DNA of 64,000 nucleotides from Coniocarpon cinnabarinum (lineage: Eukaryota), in assembly GCA_051942205.1 (NCBI GenBank), contig JAVECO010000052.1, forward strand, positions 62,001 to 126,000, read 5' to 3'. Below the pieces are notes generated by a model. It was not told the origin of the DNA and did no database searches. It saw only the letters and a program-made list of their open reading frames with translations. Position numbers and translations under genes: made by a program. This document shows positions 48,600 through 62,200 of the stretch, piece after piece. How positions within the stretch are numbered: the first letter of the stretch is position 1; each line of letters begins with the position of its first letter.

Positions 48600-51449
48600 T
48601 CAAGCATTCCTGGTGTTCCACGGTGAGTTTCGGCCAGCACCAATAGGGCTCAGCTTGGGAGGCGCAGGACTCGTAGTATTCGGTCGACTACTGCTGCCAG
48701 GCCGCTGGGAGCCGCCGCTGCTACCGACGCTGCCCTCTCTGGCTGTCAAGTGCGGATTGTTTTGGCCATGATTCACCCCATTAGGGCGTTGCTGGCCCGG
48801 ATCGATTTCATCCTCAGTGAATCCGCTCATGTTCGATAGCATGGAGCTGGACCTGACGCGAGTCTGCTTGAAGACTGAGCTGCGTCTGCTTTGAGCCGGT
48901 GGGGTGCCAATCGGTGGCTGCATTGGATGGAATGGGTTGAGACCTGAGGGCAGACGATTTGGAGCGACTGCGAGGTTGGAAAACGAGCCCTCAGGTGTCT
49001 GAGGGACACCAACGTCATTGCCGACATACCCCTGCTCAAGGAACTGAAGCTGCTGTTCCAGATGGGCACACTGCTCATTGACGTTGGAGCGCTGAGACTC
49101 AGTGTTACGTAGCTGAACTCTCAGTCGTCGCTCTTCATCAACGGCCTTTGCCATTTCCGACAGACGCGTCTGGTCGCGACGCTTTTGATCTTGTTGTTCT
49201 TGTTCGCTGGCAGCGAGGAGTGCTTCCCGCTGTGTCTGAAGCTTTTGCAAGCGATTTTGATAGCGTTCTTGGCTTTTTTGCAGAGACGTAGCCTCCCCTC
49301 GAGCAATGCTAACTTGCTTTTTAAAATCCGACTTAGTGTTCTCAACCTCCAGGCAGAGCTTTGCGTGGGCCTCCTTTCGCGTACTCAAGGATTCTTTACT
49401 GAGGTTTGCAGCTCGTCGTTGATCGGACGGAATTTCGCCAAGATCTTGAACCTGTTGGGCGAGAGATTCTGTCATGGACTCGGCCTGTTTGATGCTTTGG
49501 TTGTATTGATAAGACCGTTGACGCTGCCGTTCATCAGTGTTGCCAGTCGAGGCCAAGTGACTTTCTGCCTTTCCGATTTCTTTCTTCAAGTTGTTGACGT
49601 TGTTCTGACGATTCTTCCTACCGCGCTTGGAGCGATTGCGACAGTCAGACAAGTGCGACTCCGCAGCTGAGATCGATTTTCGCAGAGTAGACGTTGGTGA
49701 CGATGGCCTGAAGGAGCCCTCCAAAGGGGCGCGGTCGAGGTTGGGATCTGGACGAGTGACCAGGGTCACTGAGTGGATTAACACTTGACTTTGCGGCTGG
49801 AACACCTCCACAACATAGTTCGTGAGCGACGTGAGGCCGAAGATCTTGCCTTTGAGCAGTCTCTTTTCCCCAACGCTTTCGTCGCTTTCGATTGACGCTG
49901 AACTCCACTCGGCTCCATTGACGCGGACTGTGAAAGGGAGAGGTTGTGTGGTCCTCCCTTCTTCGGTAGGCGTGTCCGCACTGCCAGGCGAATCCGGCCT
50001 TGTCATTTGGCAGAGCTTGAAGCAGACATCGGTATCCGACACATGCGTGATCCAGATGCGACTGCCAGTACTTTGGTGAGCTGGACCATCGGGGCGAACA
50101 ACACCACGAGTTCCACCTTCGAATAAATCTTGAGATGCTTTTGATTGTTCTATTTCTTTTAAAACTGTGACTTTGGTATTAGCAATGGCAGCCCAAAAAG
50201 GCTGCTGACTTCGAACGAATGTGGCCTGTTTCTTCTTCTTTTTCGTTATTGAAAGTGATTTCTCTCTTCCTCCTTCCCTCGGCGCAGGTGATGGCCCAGG
50301 CTGACGGCCATCAGAGCTAGTATTTCGGCCACCGTCTAAAATAGCTGGGTTTGCGGAGACAGCGGGAGATCCGGGTGGGATGAACGCAGGATCTGATTCA
50401 CCCCTCCTCACGGATCCCCAGTGCATAATCCAACGACGGAGGATGCGAAGGAGGCCTTGGGCGAAGATGTGCAATTCGACAACGCGTCGAAACCAATTCC
50501 GATCGATTTCAGGAGTGACGTCGAGAGTGTCCAAAATATCATCCGGCTCAAAGGGACCGAATTTGGTGCTTGAAGAGGCAATGTTAAGGACCGAACAGAC
50601 CACGGACAAAATATGATAGCGTATGTTCCATAGTCTTTGACCAAGCAAATGATGGAGACCCACGATACCAAAGCAGAGCAAACTTTGAGCATTCCCGTTC
50701 CTTCCAGAAGTTCCACCACCAAGCGAAACCGCAATGACAGCTTGCGCCAGATCCATGGGAAAATCCTTGGGCATCCACGATATACTCAACGCGCCGCCAC
50801 ACAGAAAGTCCATGATGAGCATGGTGATGATTGACGGGCTTCCGCCATGGCTCTGGGACAAATCGTGCAGGATGGATGAAGGCGACCAAGCAGTCGGAAG
50901 AGAGCCAAACGTCAGGAACGCAAAGCAGACCTGGATGAGACCAAGGACGCTGTATGGCAGCTGCATCAAGACAAGCAAGATTGCCATGACGTCCATGAAG
51001 GAAAGCTCGGCTATTACGGTGCTTTTGCTGTCGGTCCAAGTATGAAGCAGACCTCTTGCACCGACACTTTTCGTGACGCTTGGACTCTTCGCTGCCATGA
51101 TACCTCGATCTTCACTCGGCCCAGGCACGCCAAATTTGGTCGGACTCGAGGCGTGCGTCTGGCTGGACTGAGGCTCCATCGCAGCGAGGATTGGCGCGGG
51201 CTGGGGATGAATGGCCATTTGACTGGGTCGCTCGTTGACGGAGTGGTCCTCCGGAGCGGTCGAGACGGGCGATTGATCTAGTGAGGAAGACGCGGAAGCG
51301 GCGTGAATGGTAGGCGACGGTCGTCCGGCATGACCATTAAGGTGGGAGTCGGACTTCTGCTTCTTGACCTGCTTGGCAGGGGGGGCAAGACCATTCTCGT
51401 GCCGTCTATCTCTGAGATTCGCGCTCTTGTTCTTGTGCTTTGGTGGCAT
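48600..51449 (-). CDS. acrB: AcrB-like ubiquitination-network signalling protein (transmembrane segments plus coiled coil)
   Basis: Starts MPPKHKNK...RHENGLAPPAKQVKKQKS. Transmembrane block DVMAILLVLMQLP, KKKKQATFVRSQQPFWAAIANTKVT, VRVNGAEW and a long C-terminal coiled coil. The ATG at 51449 is preferred to the longer ORF-track start. Confidence 0.85.
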   Translation of the reverse strand: MPPKHKNKSANLRDRRHENGLAPPAKQVKKQKSDSHLNGHAGRPSPTIHAASASSSLDQSPVSTAPEDHSVNERPSQMAIHPQPAPILAAMEPQSSQTHASSPTKFGVPGPSEDRGIMAAKSPSVTKSVGARGLLHTWTDSKSTVIAELSFMDVMAILLVLMQLPYSVLGLIQVCFAFLTFGSLPTAWSPSSILHDLSQSHGGSPSIITMLIMDFLCGGALSISWMPKDFPMDLAQAVIAVSLGGGTSGRNGNAQSLLCFGIVGLHHLLGQRLWNIRYHILSVVCSVLNIASSSTKFGPFEPDDILDTLDVTPEIDRNWFRRVVELHIFAQGLLRILRRWIMHWGSVRRGESDPAFIPPGSPAVSANPAILDGGRNTSSDGRQPGPSPAPREGGREKSLSITKKKKKQATFVRSQQPFWAAIANTKVTVLKEIEQSKASQDLFEGGTRGVVRPDGPAHQSTGSRIWITHVSDTDVCFKLCQMTRPDSPGSADTPTEEGRTTQPLPFTVRVNGAEWSSASIESDESVGEKRLLKGKIFGLTSLTNYVVEVFQPQSQVLIHSVTLVTRPDPNLDRAPLEGSFRPSSPTSTLRKSISAAESHLSDCRNRSKRGRKNRQNNVNNLKKEIGKAESHLASTGNTDERQRQRSYQYNQSIKQAESMTESLAQQVQDLGEIPSDQRRAANLSKESLSTRKEAHAKLCLEVENTKSDFKKQVSIARGEATSLQKSQERYQNRLQKLQTQREALLAASEQEQQDQKRRDQTRLSEMAKAVDEERRLRVQLRNTESQRSNVNEQCAHLEQQLQFLEQGYVGNDVGVPQTPEGSFSNLAVAPNRLPSGLNPFHPMQPPIGTPPAQSRRSSVFKQTRVRSSSMLSNMSGFTEDEIDPGQQRPNGVNHGQNNPHLTAREGSVGSSGGSQRPGSSSRPNTTSPAPPKLSPIGAGRNSPWNTRNA

Positions 51450-52220
51450 TAAATGCGGAAGGACGCATGTGTCTGACCCCGAGCCTGGACGGCTAGCGAA
51501 AGCGACGCCAATCGCAGGCAGGGGCAGAAGCTCAGAGCGCTGACGGAGAGCGCGGCGCGGGCGCAGGAGAAGCAGGAGGATGGACAAAGACGGTCGTCAA
51601 CGTGGTGGTGGGGGGAAGTGGAAGAGGAAAAGAGGAGAGGCACCGGTGACAGAGGCACAGAGGCAGACGACACACAGAATCGGAAGCGTCTGGTGGGTTA
51701 GTGGTTAGTGGTCAGTGGTTAGTTCGTCTGTGCAGCGACAGGGTGGACTTTGCCTGCACTCATGCGCTGATCCACAGCCCTAAACCTCGAAATCTCTAGC
51801 GGCAATCATCACCCAAATCCCCAGCCGAGCCCTGTTCCTCGTCTCTTCTCTGCTCGTCTGATATCTGCCAGACCGATATACCTGCTCAGCAACGTGCTCC
51901 GGGTGGCGTCGTGCTTGTTCGGCAGTGCTGATGGGGCAGGGTAGCCATTGCGTTCAACTCTCGCGAAACCTTCTCGCCACCTCAAAGCTGACCCTGTACG
52001 CACTAGATAAAATATGGACGCGGCGGATAGCCACCCACAAAGGCTCAAAATCTATTCCATGACGATGCTCCATATCTCGTTACCATGCACGCGTATCTCT
52101 ACAGGTCTGCTGATGCTCCCCCAAACCCAAACGCCTCAAGCTAGATACACATTGCATGATCCAACACCTGCGTCAACGTGCCATCATTCCTCGCCATGAA
52201 AAGGATATTCATGCTCCCAC

Positions 52221-54054
52221 TCACAGCAGAATCATACCTGCCCCTGACACAAAAGCCACCAAAACGTAGCCGAACATCTGCAGCAGACCAGTATCAAAGC
52301 TAGGAATGCCAATGATGTTTGCTGCTGCTGAGGAGCTGGAGCCGCTGCCGCCTTGGCTGCCAGAACCGCCAGAACCGCCAGAGCCTCCGGCAGCGGCGGA
52401 CTGCTGTGAGGAGTTTCCCGATGGCTGCGGGACGTTGCCTGCGCCGTTGGTGCCGGCTGCTTGAAGTAGAGACACACAAGATCCTAATCGTAAATTGTTA
52501 GCTTGTCGCATTCTCACCGGCATGAGCCATGCATGAGCTTGATACGTACCGGTGGGGCTTGATGTTGACCGAAGGCTCGCACGTCCGCTGAAGTCACATG
52601 CACTTGACTTTGCCTGACCGCTTTGAGCCTGGTAGTATTTGTTCATGGCAAAAGACAGCTGCTGCTGGGGAGAACACATGCCGTACGCGCCATACGAGCC
52701 CGTGGTGATGTTAGTGTTGATGCCTGCACAGGCGCCTCGGACTTGACCACAGATGTAATTGAAATCATCCTGGTAGGTATCCTGGTTGTCAGAGGTGGAA
52801 ACACACTGCAGCTGCGACATCTCACAAGAGCACAGTTCCGGGTTGGGTGAGGGGGGCAATGGCGTTGCAGGCGCAAGCCACTGCTGCTCACTCGCATCGG
52901 CAGTCGATGGAGCAGCCGAAGTGACCACAGATGGGCAATTGGTTGGGGAGAAGGTGGGGTTGTAGCTGTCACTGTTTGTGCTTGAAGGAGAAACCGAAGC
53001 CATCCTCGAAGAGAGATGTGTGAAATCTGCGAGTGGACTGACGTTGTTGCCGTCGACACTCACAAGACCAAACTCGTTGGCTTCCTGAAAGTATTCGTAG
53101 ACGATACCGCCAGACCAGGTTTCCTCCATCCGCGGACCGAACAGGACAGGCACGTCGCCAAAGTCACGAGGCTCTACCTGGTTACACCCGTACTCGGCAA
53201 AGAAAATAGGCACTGAATAGTCCTGGAAGAAACGCGTTCTTTCTTGATATCCCGATTCTTCGAACGTAGAATCGCCACACCACGAGTAGACGTTGTAGCC
53301 CCAAAAGTCAATCGCCTCAGCTGGATCACCGCAGTTGAAATATTCTGCCAGCTGGTCGCGAATGGGGCCATCATAGGTCGCGTATCCAACACCCATGGGA
53401 TGATAGTTCTGACTTCGAATGTACGTTTTGGAATCGCGCACTGCAGCCTTTACAAATGCGCTGGCCGCTGTAGTGTTGGGACTGTTGGAGACTTCATTTC
53501 CAGCAAAGAAGCCCAGAACATTGTTGTATTTTGAGAGGGAGTCGATGACACTTGTGTATCGTTGGTAGAGAAGGACGTTCCAATTGGGATCATCTCTGTT
53601 GATAGATTGATTGGGCTCGCTCAGATCTGAGACGACATATATGCCCGCGTCGGCCAGCATTTGCATGCAGTCATCATGGTTCTGTGTTGGATCAATGGCA
53701 TACGTTCGAATGACATTCGTGCGCAGCTGGGTAAGGTAGGGAACATCGCGTCGACAGTTGTCTGCGTTGGAGAGAGGATCAATGTATTGTGTGTTGTCGC
53801 TGTCGCCCACGGTTCCGTTTGAACTGAGACCCTGCTGATATGCGACGCCCCTCATGTAGAATTCCGACCCATTATTCGAGTAGAAAAAATGCTGGCCCTT
53901 GATCGCCCTTGAAGTGCTCTTAGCTTCGAACACTGTGGGAGGACGTCAGGCGTTCTTACAGCGATGGTATAGTTTGCCACGAGGGCTGCTGTGCTACCGC
54001 ACTGGCGGCGCTGAGCGCTGCGATCGTGGCGCCTGAGAATCTTGAGCCTCGCAT
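52221..54054 (-). CDS. GH72 1,3-beta-glucanosyltransferase (Gas/Gel family) with Cys-rich X8/CBM43 domain and GPI signal; introns about 53909-53959 and 52485-52549
   Basis: Signal peptide MRGSRFSGATIAALSAASAVA, FYMRGVAYQ, catalytic FFAGNEV and FFAEYGC, Cys-rich domain, Ser/Gly tail and hydrophobic C-terminus. Confidence 0.96.
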
Positions 54055-56291
54055 TGCGAGTAGCGGATCTCTGGAGACTAGGAAGTTTTACAAGCCAGCG
54101 GTACCTGGTCCGATAGAGAGTACCCAGCACCCGGCAGACGAGACGAAGGCGGGGCAAGAGCTCCCCAGGATCGCGGATATCTATGCCACCCAAATGAAGA
54201 AGTAACAAGGCTGGCGCTACGGTGATGAAGATTGATACTGCATATCGTGAGCTTGGACGAAGGAGGAATCGAGGGTAAGTCGATGTTGAAACGAGCACGG
54301 AACGGCACAAGTGCTTTACGTGGCCGGACACCAAACGTGTTACGTGTGTACGAGGCTGACGGTAGGCACGGTAGGGAAGGTCATGTACCTGGCGGCGCGC
54401 GGCATTTTCTCCAGATTTTGTGTAGACCTACAGAAGTGAGAACACCTTGCAGCTCCACCACGTAAGCTGTTGGCCCGCCTTTCCGAAAGCGCGTCATAGA
54501 CGCCGTTGCTGAGACCTTGACAGCACCCGTCAGTAGCAAAAGCTGCTGGAGCTTGCAAGCAACAAGCAAAGCGTGCATTGCGGACTTCAGGGCGCACGAG
54601 ACGTTTCCGGCATCATAGGCACCAAGCTGCAGAGCCGACCACCAGCTTGGATAAGGCATCGCCCTCTACGGACTGCACTCAGCACCAAGCGCAGCAGTGA
54701 AGTTCTGCAGGATTCGTGAAAGATGCTGATGGGGCGGAGCGGTGAAGAGACAGGACCACCTAGCATGCTGGTTGAAGGGAGGGCATTCGCGGACAGGTGT
54801 TGGCCGGGGCAACAGCATAACAGCGAGCACCAAGCATGGACGCCTGAGCAGACGAGCAGACTGGCAGAAAGGAAATTCATTGCCCAAAGGAAGAGTCCTC
54901 TCGGTCCTCTCAGTCCTGGCTGCTCAGGGTAATAGCGCTATCGCAGCTTTATCGATTGTCAGGACGGCGCAGCGCTAGCGAGTCAATATCTGCCCGGCTC
55001 CGCTGCTCCCCTGAACGCGAGTGGCCTGCTCTGCAGCTGCAAATGCTGTTTCGCAGAAGGGTGCATAGATAGCTTCAAGGTACTTGGGATGGCAGTATAG
55101 GTCGCAGCCACAGAGAAGCAGACGATTGCTTTGGTTCCAAGAAGCAATTGTCGGAAATCCTGACCGTTTCACATACGTAGGAGTGGATCAGAGTAATTTT
55201 AGCTACTGGCCAGGGACTTGGCTTCGCCACAGACGCTTGTTCTTCGGCGGCCGCGTCTTCCGTCGATCCTTGACGAAATCACTCATTCTCTGCTGGGACA
55301 CGCAGTCGGCTCGGTGGCGACGAAGCAGAGACGCGGGCACTCCTGTCGCTGCACACCTGGGGAGCCGCAAGCACTGGCACCCTGCGTGGATCGAAGGGCC
55401 TCTCCACAGCTGCTCAAACGCAGCGCGTGCAAGTTGTGACCAAGTGTTCAGATTCCAAGCACGGGCGGGACAGGGGCTCTGCTGGTGCAAGATGTGCAAA
55501 ATGTGCCATCCCAAGCGCTGCCCCGGGGGCGGCGTGTCCCAGCCCCCATCGAGATCAGGGTCGCCGACCAACAAGGCGAAGGTCAGGTTCACGCACCTCC
55601 GGGACACGCCCCATGCCCGCGATAGGCAGGCAGCGATACGCAACTTTTGCGTCTGCGTGGGAAGAGTCCCCCCTGAATTGAGCGGAGCTGCAGTCTTTCA
55701 TCGTCCACCTCGCGCGCTCGTCCATTTCCTCTCCATCTCTCCCACTGCCTCCTCCCTCGTTCTCATTCTCGCCACACCCGCACCTCTTTCGTTCGTTTGC
55801 ACTTGGTGAGGGCAGGGAACGGCTGTGTGCTGGAAATCGACTCTCAAACTCGCCTTTGCCGCAAGCGCCTGGTTCTCTTGCGCCTTGTCGCCAGCACGGC
55901 AACCGCGACTCTCAGTCTGTCGTTTCCCTCAACCACCATCACTCTTTTCACTCGCCAGGCTTAATTTGCCTGGACTGCCAATCTAATAAACCCACCTTTT
56001 CGCTCTACTGCTCTCGTTGAGCATCTACGCACCTAATCCAGCCTTCAGACGTCACCGTCAAGGTGGTGTTTGGGGCCGCCTTGCTCCGCACCCCGACTAG
56101 TGCAAATTCTAACCCTTAATCAACAACCCTCACCTCAATCATCTTGATTGACATTCTTCCATCATTCAACCCATCGAATGCCGGTCTACTATTGATGGAA
56201 ACTTGAGTGTAAGTATCTCTGCGTTCCTCACGAGGTAAATAGAATTCATCGTGTTTACACGTTTGTTTCTAGATCGTCTTTTTGCTCAACA

Positions 56292-59200
56292 ATGTCCGGG
56301 TATCCTCAAGGCCACTACGACGATGGCTACGGCCACGGCGGCGGCAGTGGATACTATCAAGATGACCATGCTCAATACTATGACCACGGTCATGATGCCG
56401 ACGGCTACTATGACCAGTCTGGCTACTACGAAAATGACCATTCGAATGGCTATGATGGATACTACGATGGTCAAGGTCAAGGATATCATGATGACTACTA
56501 CAATGATCAATACTACGATCAGGGTGGTGCTGGCGGTCAGGGGGGCGGCTACGGCTCCCGTCGCCGCCACCACTCTGACGAGGACTCAGAGACATTCAGC
56601 GACTTCACGATGAGATCTGACATGGCTCGCGCTGCCGAGATGGACTACTACGTAAGTTTCTCGCATTCACCACCCCCGTACTGCATGTTCTTACACTTTG
56701 TGACAGGGCCGAGGAGACGAGCGATATGATTCGTATGCTGGCAATGGCCGGGGCTACCGACCCCCATCTTCTCAGGTTTCCTATGGCGGCAACCGCTCGT
56801 CGGGAGCTTCAACTCCAGTATATGGCATGGACTACACAAATGCTTTGCCAGCTGGGCAAAGATCTCGGGAGCCGTACCCAGCTTGGACCTCGGACGCCCA
56901 GATTCCTATCTCCAAAGAAGAAATCGAAGAAATCTTCCTTGATCTCACGGCGAAGTTCGGCTTTCAACGCGATAGCATGCGTAACATGTTTGATCATCTC
57001 ATGACTTTGCTTGACTCACGAGCTTCTCGGATGACACCGAACCAAGCGCTGCTCTCACTTCACGCTGACTACATTGGGGGTGAAAACGCCAACTACCGAC
57101 GTTGGTATTTCGCTGCCCATCTCGATCTCGATGACGCCGTGGGATTTGCCAACATGAAGCTCGGAAAAGGTGATCGTCGCACTAGGAAGGCTCGCAAAGC
57201 TGCCAAAAAGAAGGCTCAGCAGAATCCTCAAAATGAGCAAGAGACCCTACAGTCTCTCGAAGGTGACGAGAGTCTTGAAGCTGCGGAATACCGCTGGAAG
57301 TCTCGCATGAATCGCATGTCGCAACATGACCGCATTCGTCAAATTGCTCTCTACTTGCTCTGCTGGGGAGAAGCCAACCAAGTCCGATTCTGTCCAGAGA
57401 CACTCTGTTTCATCTACAAGTGCGCAGAAGATTTCTACCACTCGCCGGCCTGTCAGAACCGGGTTGAGCCGATCGAAGAGTTCACATATCTCAACAAGGT
57501 CATCACGCCCCTTTACAATTACATCCGTGACCAGGGCTATGAAATCTACGAAGGCAAATATGTTCGTCGCGAGAAAGATCATAAGAACATCGTTGGATAC
57601 GACGATGTCAACCAGCTCTTCTGGTACCCAGAAGGTATTGAGCGGATCGTTTTCGAGGACAAAACTCGCCTCGTGGATCTCGCACCTGCCGAGCGATACG
57701 AGAAGCTTGACCAAGTCGTGTGGAAGAAGGTGTTCTTCAAGACCTACAGAGAATCTCGAACATGGTTCCACTGTCTGGTGAACTTCAACCGTATTTGGAT
57801 TATCCACGTCACGATGTGTTGGTTCTACACGTCGTACAACTCCACACCTCTTTACACCAGCCACTACACGCAAGAAGGCAACGAGTCTCCGCCAAATCCC
57901 AACGTCTGGGCCATGGTCTCGATTGGCGGTCTGATTGCATCCTTGATCCAACTCTTCGCTACCTTTGCCGAATGGTCCTATGTCCCTCGTCGCTGGGCAG
58001 GGGCCCAGCACTTGACCAAGCGCATGTTCATCATCTTGGGCTTCGTCGTTGCCAACCTTGTCTCACCAATCGTCATCTTCGGCATTGGTACCAAGGTGAT
58101 TCCAGAGAAAATCTTGCTTACCATTGGCATTATCTTCTTCCTGGTGGCCATTGCAACATTCTTGTTCTTCGCTATCATGCCTCTCGGTGGTCTTTTTGGA
58201 AGCTACATGTCCAAGAAATCACGACAATATGTTGCCAGCCAGACCTTCACTGCAAGTTATCCTCGTCTGAGAGGCAACGACATGTGGACGTCATACGGTC
58301 TATGGGTACTCGTCTTCGGTGCCAAATTTATCGAGTCCTACTGGGCCCTGACGTTGTCCATTCGTGACCCTATCCGCATCGTTGCCACCATGAAGCAGCA
58401 GATTGCTCCATGCATGGGAGACAAGATCATCGGATCCATCCTTTGCAAGAACCAGCCTTACGTCCTTCTGGCCATGATGTTGATCACGGACTTAATTCTG
58501 TTCTTCTTGGACAGCTTCTTGTGGTACATCATCTGGAACATGATTTTCTCCGTGGCTCGCTCCTTCTATCTGGGTATTTCTATCTGGTCGCCGTGGCGCA
58601 ACATCTTCTCGCGGTTGCCAAAGCGTATCTACTCTAAGGTCCTGGCTACGACCGATATGGAGATCAAATACAAGCCCAAGGTTCTCATTTCCCAAATTTG
58701 GAATGCCGTGGTCATCTCCATGTATCGAGAGCACCTGCTCGCGATCGACCACGTCCAGAAGCTTCTTTACCACCAAGTCCCCTCTGAGCAGGAAGGCAAG
58801 CGCACTTTGCGGGCTCCCACGTTCTTCGTCTCTCAGGAAGATCATTCATTCAAGACTGAATTCTTCCCGCCGAGGAGCGAAGCTGAGCGCCGCTTCTCAT
58901 TCTTTGCGCAGTCGCTCTCCACGCCAATGCCCGAGCCTCTGCCAGTTGACAACATGCCCACGTTCTCCGTGTTCATTCCCCACTACAGCGAGAAGATCTT
59001 GCTCACTCTTCGCGAGATTATTCGTGAGGACGAGCCTTACTCTCGTGTCACCATGTTGGAATACCTCAAGCAGCTTCACCCGCACGAGTGGGACTGCTTC
59101 GTCAAGGACACCAAGATTCTGGCTGACGAGACATCTCAATTTCAAGGTGATGAAAAGGGCGAAAAGGACACTGTTAAGAGCAAGATTGATGATCTTCCGT

Positions 59201-62200
59201 TCTACTGCATTGGTTTCAAGTCGGCAGCTCCAGAGTACACGCTTCGAACACGCATCTGGGCCTCGTTGCGGTCCCAAACGCTCTATCGTACGATCTCTGG
59301 CTTCATGAACTACAGCCGCGCCATCAAATTGCTTTACCGTGTGGAGAATCCTGAAGTGGTGCAGATGTTTGGAGGCAACTCTGACAAGCTCGAGCGCGAA
59401 CTGGAGCGTATGGCTCGCCGCAAGTTCAAGATCATCGTCTCTATGCAACGCTACGCCAAGTTCACTGCCGAAGAGCGCGAGAACACGGAATTCCTTCTTC
59501 GCGCGTATCCCGATCTTCAGATTGCTTACTTGGACGAAGAGCCTCCTCTGAACGAGGGCGAAGACCCCCGTCTTTACTCTGCCTTGATTGATGGCCACTC
59601 TGAGCTCATGGAGAATGGCATGCGCCGACCCAAGTTCCGCATCCAACTGTCTGGCAACCCTATCCTTGGTGACGGCAAGTCCGACAACCAGAACCACGCG
59701 ATCGTCTTCTACCGAGGCGAGTACCTGCAACTCATCGATGCCAACCAGGACAACTACCTCGAAGAATGCTTGAAGATTCGCAGCGTTCTGGCAGAATTCG
59801 AAGAGATGACCACGGACAATGTTTCCCCATACACACCCGGCCTTCCAGCCAAGAAATCACACCCCGTCGCCATTCTGGGTGCCCGTGAATACATCTTCTC
59901 TGAGAACATCGGCATTCTGGGTGACATCGCAGCCGGCAAGGAACAAACTTTTGGTACTATGTTCTCTCGTACTCTGGCCACAATCGGCGGCAAGCTCCAC
60001 TATGGTCACCCTGATTTCCTCAACGGTATCTACATGACGACTCGTGGCGGTGTGTCCAAGGCCCAAAAAGGCTTGCACTTGAACGAAGATATCTACGCTG
60101 GTATGAATGCTCTCCTGCGAGGTGGTCGCATCAAGCACTGCGAGTACTTCCAGTGCGGCAAAGGTCGTGATCTTGGTTTCGGTTCTATCCTCAACTTTAC
60201 CACGAAGATTGGCACTGGTATGGGCGAGCAGATTCTGTCCCGCGAGTACTACTACATGGGCACTCAGCTGCCCATTGACCGCTTCCTCTCGTTCTACTAC
60301 GCTCACCCTGGATTCCATATTAATAACGTCTTCCTGATGTTGTCAGTCCAGCTGTTCATGTTCTCCCTGCTGCAACTCGGTGTCCTTAAACATGAGAACA
60401 TCGTTTGCACCTACAACAAGAACACGCCTTTCACTGATCCTTTGGTCCCGACTTACTGCGCTGACCTCATCCCGATCTACCAATGGGTCGAGCGTTGCGT
60501 CGTTTCCATTTTCATCGTGTTCTTCATCGCGTTTGTTCCTATGGTCGTTCAGGAGCTCACCGAGCGTGGCGCGTGGCGCGCGTTTACTCGTCTGGCCAAG
60601 CACTTCATGTCCGGAGCGCCTTTGTTCGAGGTGTTCGTCTCTCAGATCTATGCCAACTCTGTCTCCAACAACTTGTCAGTTGGTGGAGCTCGTTACATTG
60701 GCACTGGGCGTGGTTTTGCCACTGCGCGGATACCCTTTGGCGTACTGTACTCTCGGTTCGCCGGACCCTCAATCTATCTTGGCGCTCGGTTGATCCTCAT
60801 GCTCCTCTTCGCAACGGTCACCGTATGGGGTGTGTGGTTGGTCTACTTCTGGGTGTCGTTGTTGGCGCTCATGGTCAGTCCATTCTTGTTCAACCCACAT
60901 CAGTTCGCCTGGCAGGACTTCTTTATCGACTACCGCGACTACCTTCGCTGGCTGTCTCGTGGCAATTCTCGATCGCACGCTTCGTCCTGGATTGGATTCT
61001 GCCGTCTTTCGCGGACTCGCATCACTGGTTACAAGCGCAAGATTCTCGGCGAACCATCTGCCAAGGCCATTGCCGATGCTCCTCGGGCCCACTTTGGTAA
61101 CGTTTTCTGGGCTGAGGTTATCGCACCTCTTGTGCTCGTTGCCATCACCCTCATCCCTTACCTGTACATCAACTCCATGGTTGGCGTGGCTACTCGACCA
61201 GACGCCAACAGCAAGACCTGGACGCCCACTCAAAAGAACCGAAACATCAAGGTCATGGGCGACTCGAAGAACGACTGGACAGACAAGGTACCCAACGCGC
61301 TCGTCCGCATCGCCATCATTGGCTTCGCGCCCATCGGTATCAATGCTGGAATTGCAGGCATGTTCTTCGGTATGGCTTGCTGCATGGGTCCGCTCTTCAG
61401 TGTGTGCTGCAAGAAATTCGGAGCCGTGCTCGCGGCTGTTGCTCACGCGATTGCTGTCATTGTCCTGATTGTGTTCTTTGAGGTCCTCTTCTTCCTGGAA
61501 GGGTTCAGTTTCCCCAAGACCGCAATGGGAGTCATTGCTGCCATGTGTCTTCAGCGCTTCATTTACAAGCTGATCACATCGATGTTTCTCACCCGTGAGT
61601 TCAAGACTGACCACGCCAACATCGCCTGGTGGACTGGAAAGTGGTACAACATGGGCTGGCACTCCATGTCGCAGCCTGGCCGTGAGTTCCTGTGCAAGAT
61701 TACTGAGCTCGGCATGTTTGCTTGCGACTTCTTGCTCGGTCACTTGATCATGTTCTTCATGGTGATCCCACTGTTGATTCCTTACATCGACAAGTTCCAC
61801 TCCATTATGTTGTTCTGGCTTCGACCGAGGTACGTAATAAACAACTGTCTGCTACTTCTTACGAAGCTCTGCTAACTCATTCGACAGCCGTCAAATCCGT
61901 CCACCCATCTACTCCATGAAGCAGAGCAAGCTCCGCAAGCGCCGTGTCACACGCTACGCAACACTCTACTTCATCCTTCTCATCGTCTACGTTGTACTCA
62001 TTGCTGTGCCCATCGTAGCGAAGAAATTCCTCAACCCCACCTTGCAAGGCATGAATGTGATGAACCTGATCCAGCCTGTCGGTCTTCACAACAACTTCAC
62101 TACGAACCAACAGACGGGCACTCGGATTGCGCCACAGCTGATCAAGGCAGGGCCATCGCCTACGCCGAGAACCAACTACAAGCTGTTGCTTCGCAACTTC

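Noticed and set aside
57247..61800. Long antisense ORFs opposite FKS1 (also opposite PRP8 and the Zn2Cys6 gene)
   Set aside because: Expected shadows of C-rich third codon positions, with no recognisable motifs.
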